Assembly (NCBI GenBank): GCA_030538855.1
Contig: JAUNTE010000001.1
Span: 1-41,157, forward strand
Direction: 5' to 3'
Source of the DNA: Oscillospiraceae bacterium
Lineage (GTDB): Bacteria > Bacillota > Clostridia > Oscillospirales > Ruminococcaceae
Length of the DNA stretch: 41,157 bases
In this document: positions 9,752 through 18,168 of the stretch, piece after piece
Layout of the letters: every line of letters starts with the position of its first letter
Numbering within the stretch: position 1 is the stretch's first letter
The notes under the pieces: generated by a model
Databases searched by the model: none
Told to the model about the DNA's origin: nothing
The model's input: only the letters and a program-made list of their open reading frames with translations
Position numbers and translations under genes: made by a program

Positions 9752-9815
9752 GGTTTAGCAGTGAATCAAGCTTTTTTCAAAAGCTGCGAAAAAGGTTTGA
9801 TTTATTGCTAAAACC
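9752..9815 (+). promoter_or_regulatory. Long irregular stem-loop in the pnp 5' leader
   Basis: GGTTTAGCAGTGAATCAA (9752-9769) pairs with TTGATTTATTGCTAAAACC (9797-9815): 18 bp with 2 G-U pairs and 1 bulge. It encloses an inner AGCTTTT/AAAAGCT hairpin and ends about 19 nt before the pnp SD. Confidence 0.4.
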
Positions 9816-9850
9816 GCTTTCCGCCTGATTTTAAAGGAGGATAACCCTAA

Positions 9851-11989
9851 ATGTTGTACGAGCCCTTTGAACAGAAAGAATTTACCGAGTACAAGGTGTA
9901 CAAAACCGAATTTGCCGGCCGCCCGTTTGTTGTCGAGACCGGGAAGATGTGCTGCTTATCCAACGGCAGCTGCATGGTGCGCTATGGCGATACCGCCGTG
10001 CTGTGCAACGTCACCATGAGCGACCATCCCCGCGACGGCATTGACTTTTTCCCTCTTTCAGTGGATTTTGAGGAAAAACTGTATTCCGTCGGCCGCATCC
10101 CCGGCAGCTTTATGCGCCGCGAGGGACGTCCCGGTGAAAAGGCCGTTTTGACCAGCCGTGTGGTCGACCGGCCCATCCGTCCGCTGTTCCCCAAAGATAT
10201 GCGCAACGACGTCTCGGTTGTGATGACCGTCATGAGCGTGGACCAGGACTGCAGCCCGGAGATCGCGGGTATGATCGGCACCTCTATCGCACTGTCCATC
10301 TCGGACATCCCCTGGAGCGGCCCCATCGCCGGGGCTTTTATGGGCTTGGTGGACGGCCAGCTGGTAGTGAACCCCACCGAGGAGCAGCGCAAAAAATCTG
10401 ATTTGGCGCTGACGGTGGCGGCCAGCCAGGAGAAGATCGTCATGATCGAGGCGGGCGCCAACGAGGTGGACGAGATCACCATGCTGGACGCCATTAAAAC
10501 CGCCCACACCGAGATCAAAAAGATGATCGCCTTCATCAACGGCATCGTGGCTGAGATCGGCAAACCGAAAATCGATTTTCAGTCGATGGAGCTTGACCAT
10601 GACCTGTTTGAAGCCGTGAAAGAGCAGTATCTGGACGACTTTAAAGCCGCCATGGATACCGACGACAAAAATGTGCGGGACGCGGCGCTGGCGCCCATCC
10701 GCGACAGATTGTCGGCCCAGTATGCCGAGCAGTGGGGCGACGGCATTATCGAGACGCTGATGTATAAAATGCAGAAGTTTGTGGTGCGCCGCTGGCTGCT
10801 TGACGACGGCAAACGCGTGGACGGCCGCGGTATCAACCAGATCCGTCCGCTTGCCGCTGAAGTCAGCCTTCTGCCCCGCGCCCACGGCAGCGGTATGTTT
10901 ACCCGCGGCCAGACGCAGGTGCTGACGGTGGCTACCCTTTCAAACAGCCGTGACGCGCAGATATTGGACGGCATCGACAACGAAGAGACCAAGCGCTACA
11001 TGCACCATTATAACTTCCCGCCGTACTCGGTGGGTGAGGCGCGCGGGCTGCGCAGCCCGGGCCGCCGTGAGATCGGCCATGGCGCGCTGGCCGAGCGGGC
11101 GCTGCTGCCGGTGCTGCCCAGTGAAGAGGAATTTCCGTACGCCATGCGTCTTGTCAGCGAGGTGCTGTCCTCCAACGGCTCTACCTCTCAGGCGTCCATC
11201 TGCGGCAGCACGCTGGCCCTGATGGATGCGGGTGTGCCCATCAAGGCCCCGGTGGCCGGTATCTCCTGCGGCCTGATTACCGAGGGCGAGCGCTGGATGA
11301 CGATGGTGGATATTCAGGGCGTTGAGGATTTTCACGGCGATATGGACTTTAAGGTGGGCGGTACCAAAAACGGTATTACCGCCATCCAGATGGATATCAA
11401 GATCGACGGCCTCACCTATGAGATCATCGAGGACGCCTTTGCGAAATGCAAGATCGCCCGCGAGCATATCATTGACGAGGTGATTTTGAAGGCAATTCCC
11501 GCGGTGCGTTCTGAGCTTTCAAAATACGCCCCCAAGATGCAGACGCTGCGCATCCCCGTTGACAAGATCAGCGAAGTCATCGGCAAAGGCGGCAAGGTCA
11601 TTCAAAAAATTTGTGCCGACTGCAGCGCCAAGATCGACATTGAAGAAGACGGCCATATCTTTATCTGCGCCGTCGCCAAAGAGGATCTCGACCGCGCGGT
11701 GTCCATTATCCGCACCATTGTGGAAGACCCCGAGATCGGCGCTATTTACAAGGGCCGTGTGACCCGTCTGATGAACTTTGGCGCGTTTGTTGAGATCGCC
11801 CCGGGCAAAGAGGGTCTGGTGCATATCTCGCATCTGGATGCAAAACGCGTTGAGAAGGTTGAGGATGTGGTTGCGGTAGGCGACGAGCTGCTGGTAAAAG
11901 TCATCAAAATCGACGGCCAGGGCAGGATCGATCTCTCGCGCAAAGAGGCGCTGGCTGATTTAGCCGCCCGTCAGCAGCAAAACGGATAA
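9851..11989 (+). CDS. pnp: Polyribonucleotide nucleotidyltransferase (PNPase)
   Basis: 712 aa with two RNase PH domains, a KH domain (IGKGGKVIQKI) and an S1 domain (GRVTRLMNFGAFVEI). Confidence 0.97.
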   Translation: MLYEPFEQKEFTEYKVYKTEFAGRPFVVETGKMCCLSNGSCMVRYGDTAVLCNVTMSDHPRDGIDFFPLSVDFEEKLYSVGRIPGSFMRREGRPGEKAVLTSRVVDRPIRPLFPKDMRNDVSVVMTVMSVDQDCSPEIAGMIGTSIALSISDIPWSGPIAGAFMGLVDGQLVVNPTEEQRKKSDLALTVAASQEKIVMIEAGANEVDEITMLDAIKTAHTEIKKMIAFINGIVAEIGKPKIDFQSMELDHDLFEAVKEQYLDDFKAAMDTDDKNVRDAALAPIRDRLSAQYAEQWGDGIIETLMYKMQKFVVRRWLLDDGKRVDGRGINQIRPLAAEVSLLPRAHGSGMFTRGQTQVLTVATLSNSRDAQILDGIDNEETKRYMHHYNFPPYSVGEARGLRSPGRREIGHGALAERALLPVLPSEEEFPYAMRLVSEVLSSNGSTSQASICGSTLALMDAGVPIKAPVAGISCGLITEGERWMTMVDIQGVEDFHGDMDFKVGGTKNGITAIQMDIKIDGLTYEIIEDAFAKCKIAREHIIDEVILKAIPAVRSELSKYAPKMQTLRIPVDKISEVIGKGGKVIQKICADCSAKIDIEEDGHIFICAVAKEDLDRAVSIIRTIVEDPEIGAIYKGRVTRLMNFGAFVEIAPGKEGLVHISHLDAKRVEKVEDVVAVGDELLVKVIKIDGQGRIDLSRKEALADLAARQQQNG

Positions 11990-12005
11990 AATTTTTTAAA
12001 ATGGT

Positions 12006-12039
12006 AAACGCCGCCCGCTTATGCGGGCGGCGTTTTTAT
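12006..12039 (+). terminator. pnp intrinsic terminator
   Basis: AAACGCCGCCCGC-TTAT-GCGGGCGGCGTTT followed by TTAT. Confidence 0.8.
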
Positions 12040-12422
12040 GTGTACGGAGAGGCGCAGGGCCGGATGGCTGAAAAAGGGCTGGACGGCGCTGAAAAAAGTC
12101 TTTGGGCATCCGGCTGAAAACAGGTGCGGCGGGGATACCGCCTGCCCATAAAGATGGCTTTTAATCGATCGACAGGCGTGGTTCACGTTTTATCAGGCCG
12201 CTGAAAGTTTTGAAAAGGCCGGGGCTTTTTATAGAAAGGCGGAAGAAGCTTTGCCTATACAAAAAAGCGAGGCCCGCAACAGGCGGCGGTGTAAAAACAA
12301 AAATACCGGACGGCTGTAGAAAACGGCAGGGAGAAAAAGGAGAAAACAGCGGCGAAGGCGCCCGCCGCACCGGTTTGAGGTGTGAGTAGGTATCTGTTTT
12401 GCTGAAAGGTATCATCCCCCGG

Positions 12423-12448
12423 CAAAAGCGGACGGGCAGGGCGGCCTA
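12423..12448. repeat. 26-bp direct repeat flanking the IS remnant (left copy)
   Basis: CAAAAGCGGACGGGCAGGGCGGCCTA abuts the IS terminal TGTAGG. It matches 13510-13535 at 25/26. Confidence 0.85.
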
Positions 12449-13509
12449 TGTAGGATTGTCAAACATATTGGACAAAGGAACAAAGCAAGGAAGTCACGAG
12501 GAGAAAGCAAGTTAAGCGGTCTCATGGGTCTGTTGTTGGAGCATGCATTGTAGACAGCGAGTTGAGCTGCGAAGTCATGAAGGGAGAAAAAGCGGTGAGA
12601 GTCGTAGAAACGCCTCTGGCCCTCACGGTGGCCGCGCTCCAACTTGCCGCTGTGCCTGAGGGTGTAGGGGCGGATGAGCTTGTGGCGGATGCCAGACGCT
12701 GTGTGGCAGCTTCAAACAAGATGGTTAAGTCCCGCTTGGAGTTGGAGAAGCGGTTGGTGAACTCAAAGCCATTGTCGGTCTGGACACACTCCACGGTGAT
12801 GCCCCTTCGCCGGAACTACTCAACGGCTCTGATCAGGAAATCGGCGGAGGAGTAAGTAGATTGTTCCTCATAGGCCCAGAGGAAGCGCAGGGGAGAGAAC
12901 TCGTCGCTCGTCGATGGCGGTGTACTGGAACAGGCGCAGCTCAGGATCGGTGATACAGGCTTTGGGCACGAGCTTGACGTCGATCTGTACCCGTTGTCCG
13001 GGATAGGTCATCTGCTGGTAGGGCTTGGGCTTGTATGCCAATTTCTCTTGAACAACACCAGACAGGCCCAATCTGCGCAGAACGCGGAATAAGCTCTCCG
13101 GACGGCGGGTATATCCGCGTTTTTTCAGCCTGTGCCACAGCTCCGGCAAGCCCAGTTCCGGGTTTCTGCGGCGCATGTCCCGGATGAGCTTGAGTTTCTC
13201 CGGCGTATGCTCGTTGGGATGGTGATGGGGCCTGCGGGATTGGCACGCCAAAGACTGTACTGTGCCGTCCCACCGCCCCTTCCAGAAGTAGATATACGAC
13301 CGAGCTCTATTGTGCTTCCGGCTCGCACGCCCAACTCCGTATTTCTCCGCATATTTCATCAGGGATTGCCGATACGCCTATATGCTTGCTCATGAAGGAT
13401 GCGGCCTCCTCTCAGTTTTGTTGGCGTGTGGTAACTCAACTTTAACCGATGGGGCCTCATCCTTCTACCCTTTTTCTCCTCACTGTCCAAGATGTATGGT
13501 ACTCCTACA
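12449..13509 (-). mobile_element. Decayed IS481-family-like insertion sequence (1061 bp)
   Basis: Imperfect terminal inverted repeats: TGTAGGATTGTCAAACATATTGGACAAAG versus the reverse complement of the right end, TGTAGGAGTACCATACATCTTGGACAGTG (22/29). The internal DDE integrase-type transposase is broken into at least 3 frames. Confidence 0.75.
12470..13395 (-). pseudogene. IS481/IS3-superfamily DDE transposase, multiple frameshifts and an in-frame stop
   Basis: Pieces in different frames: MSKHIGVS.. / MKYAEKYGVGRASRKHNRARSYIYFWKGRWDG...VQIDVKLVP...YTAIDE / FSPLRFLWAYEEQSTYSSADFLIRAVE(stop)FRRRGITVECVQTDNGFEF / GIRHKLIRPYTLRHSGKLERGHREGQRRFY. Confidence 0.8.
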
Positions 13510-13535
13510 CAAAAGCGAACGGGCAGGGCGGCCTA
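13510..13535. repeat. 26-bp direct repeat flanking the IS remnant (right copy)
   Basis: CAAAAGCGAACGGGCAGGGCGGCCTA sits immediately after the IS terminal CCTACA. Confidence 0.85.
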
Positions 13536-13539
13536 AGCC

Positions 13540-13568
13540 TTGCAGTGAGAAAACGAATTTGTTATACT
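13540..13568 (+). promoter_or_regulatory. metG promoter
   Basis: TTGCAG (13540-13545), a 17-nt spacer, TATACT (13563-13568). It starts 4 nt after the right direct repeat. Confidence 0.55.
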
Positions 13569-13621
13569 ATATCTGTTCACGCGGTTTTACAGGCCGTATG
13601 AAAAAGAAAGGATGAAGAATC

Positions 13622-15598
13622 ATGTCGAAACCCACCTATTATATTACCACCCCTATTTATTACCCGAGCGATAAGCTGCATATCGGGCACAGCTATACCA
13701 CTGTGGCCTGCGACGCGCTGGCGAGGTATAAACGAATGCAGGGCTACGACGTGATGTTTTTGACCGGCTCAGACGAGCACGGCCAGAAGATAGAGGACAA
13801 AGCCAAGGCCAAGGGCGTAACGCCAAAAGAATATGTGGATGACATCGTGGCTTCTATCAAAGAATTGTGGAAGCTTTTGGGCGTCTCGAACGACCGGTAT
13901 GTGCGCACCACCGACGAGTACCATGTGCAGACGGTGCAAAAGGTGTTTCAGCAGCTGTATGAGCAGGGCGATATTTATAAAGGCGTTTATAAGGGGCACT
14001 ACTGCAAGCCCTGCGAGAGCTTTTGGACGGACAGCCAGCTGAAGGACGGAAAATGCCCCGACTGCGGCCGCGACGTTTACGAGGCGGAGGAGGAGGCTTA
14101 CTTTTTCAAAATCGGCAAATATGCCCCCCGCCTTTTAAAGCTGTATGAGGAGAACCCCGAGTTCATCCAGCCCGAGACCCGCAAAAATGAGATGATCGCC
14201 TTTATCAAGCAGGGGCTGCAGGATACCTGCGTTTCACGCACCAGCGTCAAATGGGGCATACCCGTCAGCTTCGACCCGTCGCATACGGTATATGTCTGGG
14301 TAGACGCCCTTTCAAACTATATCAGCGCGCTGGGCTGGGGCAACGACGCTTATGATGACTATGAAAAATATTGGCCCGCCGATATCCATATGGTGGGCAA
14401 AGAGATCCTGCGTTTTCATACCATTATTTGGCCCGCGATTTTGATGGCGCTTGACCTGCCGCTGCCCAAGCGGGTGTTTGGGCACGGCTGGGTGCTGCTG
14501 GACGGCGGAAAAATGAGTAAAAGCGTAGGCAATGTGGTAGACCCGGTGATTTTGTGCAGCCGTTACGGCGCCGACGCCATCCGGTATTTTTTGCTGCGCG
14601 AGATACCCTTCGGCAACGACGGTAATTTTTCTAATGAGGCGCTGATCAGCCGTATCAACGCCGACCTGGCCAACGACCTTGGCAATCTGCTGTCGCGCAC
14701 CGTATCGATGGCTGAAAAATATTTTGGCGGCGTTGTGAGAAAGCAGGACCCAGAGGGCGAATGGGATGAAGAGCTGATCGGGATGATCGGCGCCTGCCCT
14801 GAAAAAACCACCGCCTGTATGGACAAGCTGCTGCTGCCGCAGGCGACCATGGAGATTTTTAAGGTGGTGCAGCGGGCCAACAAATATATCGACGAGACCG
14901 CCCCTTGGGTATTGGCCCGGGACGAGGCGAACAAAGACCGGCTGGAGGGCGTTTTATATAACCTGTGCGAGGCGCTGCGGACGGCGGCGATTTTACTGGC
15001 CCCGTTTTTGCCCTTTACCGCCCCCAAAATAGCGGCGCAGCTGGGCCTTGACGAAGCGGCGCTGGCCTTTGAGGGGTTTGCCTACGGCGCGGTGGAGCGC
15101 TATACCGTACACAAGGGCGAGGCGCTGTTCCCCCGTATTGACGCGGCCAAAGAACTGGCGGAGCTGGAGGCTATCCGGGCTGAAAAACAGGCCGCAGCCG
15201 CTGAAAAAGAGCCGCCGAAAGCCCAGCCCGCGCCTGCGGAAAACATAAAACCGCTGGAACACCTGCCAGAGATCACCATTGACGATTTTTGCAGATGTGA
15301 GCTGCGGGTGGCAAAGGTACTGGCCTGTGAGCAGCTGAAGGAGAGCAAAAAGCTTTTGAAGCTGACGCTGTTTGACGGCGAGCGGGAACGCACCATTCTC
15401 TCCGGCATTGCAAAATGGTACCGGCCGGAGGATTTGACCGGGCGCAATGTGGGTATCGTGGCAAACCTGGCCCCCCGCCCCATGCTGAAAGGGGCTTACG
15501 TCAGCGAGGGGATGGTGATGGCCGCCGATACGGCGGACGGCGGCGCGTTGGTGACGTTTTTTCCCGACAGCGCGGTGCCGGGCAGCCTGATACACTGA
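13622..15598 (+). CDS. metG: Methionine--tRNA ligase with C-terminal tRNA-binding (EMAP-like) domain
   Basis: 658 aa with an HIGH-type motif (PSDKLHIGHSYT), KMSKS, a zinc knuckle (CKPCESF...CPDCG) and a C-terminal tRNA-binding domain (CELRVAKVLACEQLKESKKLLKL). Confidence 0.97.
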   Translation: MSKPTYYITTPIYYPSDKLHIGHSYTTVACDALARYKRMQGYDVMFLTGSDEHGQKIEDKAKAKGVTPKEYVDDIVASIKELWKLLGVSNDRYVRTTDEYHVQTVQKVFQQLYEQGDIYKGVYKGHYCKPCESFWTDSQLKDGKCPDCGRDVYEAEEEAYFFKIGKYAPRLLKLYEENPEFIQPETRKNEMIAFIKQGLQDTCVSRTSVKWGIPVSFDPSHTVYVWVDALSNYISALGWGNDAYDDYEKYWPADIHMVGKEILRFHTIIWPAILMALDLPLPKRVFGHGWVLLDGGKMSKSVGNVVDPVILCSRYGADAIRYFLLREIPFGNDGNFSNEALISRINADLANDLGNLLSRTVSMAEKYFGGVVRKQDPEGEWDEELIGMIGACPEKTTACMDKLLLPQATMEIFKVVQRANKYIDETAPWVLARDEANKDRLEGVLYNLCEALRTAAILLAPFLPFTAPKIAAQLGLDEAALAFEGFAYGAVERYTVHKGEALFPRIDAAKELAELEAIRAEKQAAAAEKEPPKAQPAPAENIKPLEHLPEITIDDFCRCELRVAKVLACEQLKESKKLLKLTLFDGERERTILSGIAKWYRPEDLTGRNVGIVANLAPRPMLKGAYVSEGMVMAADTADGGALVTFFPDSAVPGSLIH

Positions 15599-15607
15599 TA
15601 GATAAAG

Positions 15608-15631
15608 AAAAGCCGCTTTCAGCGGCTTTTG
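15608..15631 (+). terminator. metG intrinsic terminator
   Basis: AAAAGCCGC-TTTCA-GCGGCTTTT followed by G. Confidence 0.75.
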
Positions 15632-16188
15632 GCCCTGTATACGTTTTTGCACACGGGCTTTGAGGCCGGCACAGCGCCGCAAAGCCGTGGCCGCAGGGGA
15701 TGGAAAATAAAAACATGCACCCTACGGCGTGGGCGCTTATAAACGTTTCTCCGGGTTTTTCTATCCGCGCCCCGGGGTGAAACTCATAAAAAACGGCGTA
15801 CCGGCACCCCCGCGTCAGACGCAAAAAGAAGAAGGCGGCAAAGCGGAAGAGAAAAGCGCGTGCCCTGGCCCTAGGCGTTGGCCCCTTTCAGCGGGCAGGC
15901 CCCGCCTGCGGGGCTTTTGCGGCTGTGGGGTGAAATGGCGGCTGGCCTGTGCGGGGGAAGGTTTGCGCTTGAGCGGGCAGCCTTTTTGCCGGGGCATAAT
16001 GGAACGGGTTTACCGGTGTTTCACGTTCTGTATCAGGGCGTGAAATACTTATAACCGGCAGCGAAACCGGTGGCCTTGGGCAGGCACTGCCAAGGCCTTT
16101 TACTGGCAGGCCCTTCAAGACGCGCTGAAGGATCTTTCATCTGCATTTTGCGCTCCACCGCCCGCAAACGGGCAATTTGCCTGCTCGG

Positions 16189-16897
16189 TCAACACTTCTG
16201 CTCATGCGCCAGCCCGTGTGTCAGACGCGCGCTTTGTTCTATTTTTTGGTGATGAAGCTTTTTACGGGATACCTCTGCCGGCGCAGCCGGTGGTTTTTCT
16301 ACTGCATAAAATCGGGCGCGAAAAGCTTCGCGCCCGAACTGTTTTATCGTGAAAGATCTTTTATCAGGAGATCCTTTCAGAGGCCCCATCATAATAACAG
16401 CACGCAACACGTTCAAATACGATGTTTGCCCCCTCACCAAGGTCATAGAGGCGTCCATAGCGCCTGTCCCCGCCCCTTTGTAACCTGTGCAGCTGTTATA
16501 AGAAGTATTGGGGATCGTAACCGTGCGCGTCATATTTTTGATTTCGACCGTTTTTTGTGAATCATCAAAATAATGGTCATAGCCACCAGACAGCCTCGCA
16601 GTATATTTCACCGGTTTGTGTGTTGTAAGCTTTTGCACCCATGCGGCGGTGCCTGACGCCAAGAATGCGCCCCGGCGATTCATAAGAATAGAAGGCGACC
16701 GTACAGGATACGCCGTCCGGTGTAAAGACAGATCCTGCTTCCCATTCCGGTGTGGAGGCTGCGTAAACCGGCCCAGCCATTGCGGCCGTCAGCAGGCACA
16801 CCAGAAAAATGGCAAGCGTTTTTTTTGCATAGAGTTTCGTGTTTTTTTTCTTTTTAAAATCCGGCAAAAGATACCGAAGGGTTGAGGCACAGTGCAA
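16189..16897 (-). pseudogene. Hypothetical secreted protein gene, reading frame split
   Basis: ORFs 16577-16897 and 16189-16683 overlap by 107 nt in different frames. The first carries a signal-peptide-like KKTLAIFLVCLLTAAMAGPVYA|AS. The region is visibly more AT-rich than its neighbours. The second ORF reads through a terminator hairpin. Confidence 0.4.
16306..16335 (-). terminator. Intrinsic terminator (minus strand)
   Basis: Minus strand reads GGGCGCGAA-GCTT-TTCGCGCCC followed by GATTTTAT. Confidence 0.55.
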
Positions 16898-16961
16898 TTA
16901 TGTCTGACAGCACCAGCACGACGGCCACAAGGCCAATGCCGATCAGCCATTGTTTCTTCAT
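16854..16961 (-). CDS. Small hydrophobic peptide (35 aa)
   Basis: Strong SD: GGAGGTGAGCCT then ATG at 16961. Product is MKKQWLIGIGLVAVVLVLSDIIALCLNPSVSFAGF, with one predicted TM or signal-like segment. Too short for the ORF track. Confidence 0.4.
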   Translation of the reverse strand: MKKQWLIGIGLVAVVLVLSDIIALCLNPSVSFAGF

Positions 16962-17026
16962 AGGCTCACCTCCTTTCTTATAAAAAGATAACTTCGCCCA
17001 AGTCTCGGCCCTGCGTTTAGCTGCGG

Positions 17027-17252
17027 CCCTTCACCATGCCGGGCGTGTGGGTTAAAATAGTGGCGTTTTCAGTGCGGCTGGTTCCTCAGGCGCCGCGCCC
17101 CGCAGGGGGCGGCGGGGATTGAAATGGAGAAGGAACGTTACGGGAATATTTGCGGTGAAGGGCCATGAGGCGCGTGGGCTGAAATACGGCTGTGATAGAA
17201 TTATCACGGCGCGCCCATATCGCGCCCTGCACGGGGCGGCGGGGCGTCATAG
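17027..17252 (+). CRISPR. Vestigial type I-C-like CRISPR remnant (4 degenerate repeats, no cas genes in the window)
   Basis: Repeat slots at 17027-17058, 17094-17125, 17161-17185 (7 nt short) and 17221-17252 are each separated by exactly 35 nt. The best repeat is CGCGCCCCGCAGGGGGCGGCGGGGATTGAAAT. The others keep GGCGTGTGGGTTAAAAT, GGCGCGTGGGCTGAAAT or CGCGCCCTGCACGGGGCGGCGGGG. Confidence 0.4.
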
Positions 17253-17314
17253 ACGGCAAAGGTGTTTACAGGCGCGCATGGCAGCAGCATAAAAAGAGAC
17301 GAGGACTGCACTGG

Positions 17315-17427
17315 TTTTTTATTGCGCAGTAAAAAATCTTTGATCTTGATGGCCTCGCCCCCGCCGCTGAAGCGGCAACCGGGCAAATATCCCCCAAAAA
17401 GCCTTCGCTTTGCTGCGGCTGTTTTTT
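17315..17427. repeat. Conserved intergenic element, copy B (partner at 8921-9057)
   Basis: Core TTGATCTTGATGGCCTCGCCCCCGCCGCTGAAGCGGCAACCGGGCAAATA (17340-17388). It is preceded by the TTTTTTAT-TGCGCA-GTAAAAAA palindrome and followed by CCCCCAAAAA plus AGCC..GGCT and GTTTTTT. Confidence 0.7.
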
Positions 17428-18168
17428 ATAGAATATAGAACGGCCTTTTTCAGCGGCCTCAAAAAACTTTTACGGCGTTTCTATATAAGAAATGAAAGTT
17501 TTTACCGGTAAACACATTCGCTGATTTTGTCAATAAAAAGGGAGACGCTTGCGTTGGCAGAGCGTTTGAAACAAGGCGGAGGTATGGGGCAAAGGGCGGC
17601 TTTTACCGCCCGCGGGCCTGCATTTCTTTAAGCAGGACGTATATATTATAAGAGAAAGAACATGAGGGAAGCTTTATCTGAGAGGGGCTTTCGCTGTTTA
17701 TCCCTGCCAGATCATCTGGGCGGGGCGAATATAAAGCGTCCGCGCTCTATCTGTCTTTGGCTGTGGCTGTGGCAGGGCCTTCCGTCCGGGAAACATAGGA
17801 TGGGAAGACTTTATCAGGGGCGCGCTCCGCTTTTTCTTCTGTCTGCCCGATAGAGGGACGAAGCTTTCATAGAGCCCCTGTATGCGGCCCTTTCAGCGCT
17901 GCGCCCTGTGAACCCGGAAGCGGCAGGCGGGGCGGCGCGGAACGCAAGGCGTGTGGAGGGTAAATTTTTCAAAAACTGCTGTAAAGTTTATTCCTTTTAC
18001 AGCTTGCGGGGGCTTGGCAGGGCGGTACAGGCGGGCGCGGGGCAGGCTGACCGACAGGACAAAGAAAACATAGGCGGACATGTTATCAATACAGCTTATT
18101 CTCAGCCGCGCCCATCGGTTTTGGGGCATGGACGATACCGCCCCAGAGAGCAAGAGGAGGACGAAAAA

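Noticed and set aside
12061-12210. Repeated GCTGAAA(A) motifs downstream of pnp, considered as iterons or another CRISPR relic.
   Set aside because: Spacing is irregular (20, 25 and about 85 nt) and the flanking sequence is not conserved between copies.
12427-12445. Shared AAGCGGAC..GGGCAG string between the 26-bp IS-flanking repeat, the inverted-repeat arms at 37947-37966 (AAGCGGACAAAGGGCAGCAC) and GCGGACAAAGG in the CDF leader (about 22815-22830).
   Set aside because: Only 11-14 matching nt, and a gap is needed. This could be chance in GC-rich DNA. Worth a genome-wide k-mer count but not reportable as a family.
13569-13621. T-box leader upstream of metG, and likewise upstream of proBA (34100-34473).
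   Set aside because: The metG leader is only about 50 nt. Neither region contains the conserved T-box sequence or a specifier-loop/terminator arrangement.
15925-17965. Extra ..GTGGGGTGAAAT (15925-15936), GGGCGTGAAAT (16036-16046) and GGCGTGTGGAGGGTAAAT (17946-17965) motifs, considered as further CRISPR repeats.
   Set aside because: They are not in 60-67-nt register with each other or with the 17027-17252 remnant. TGAAAT alone is expected by chance several times in 41 kb.
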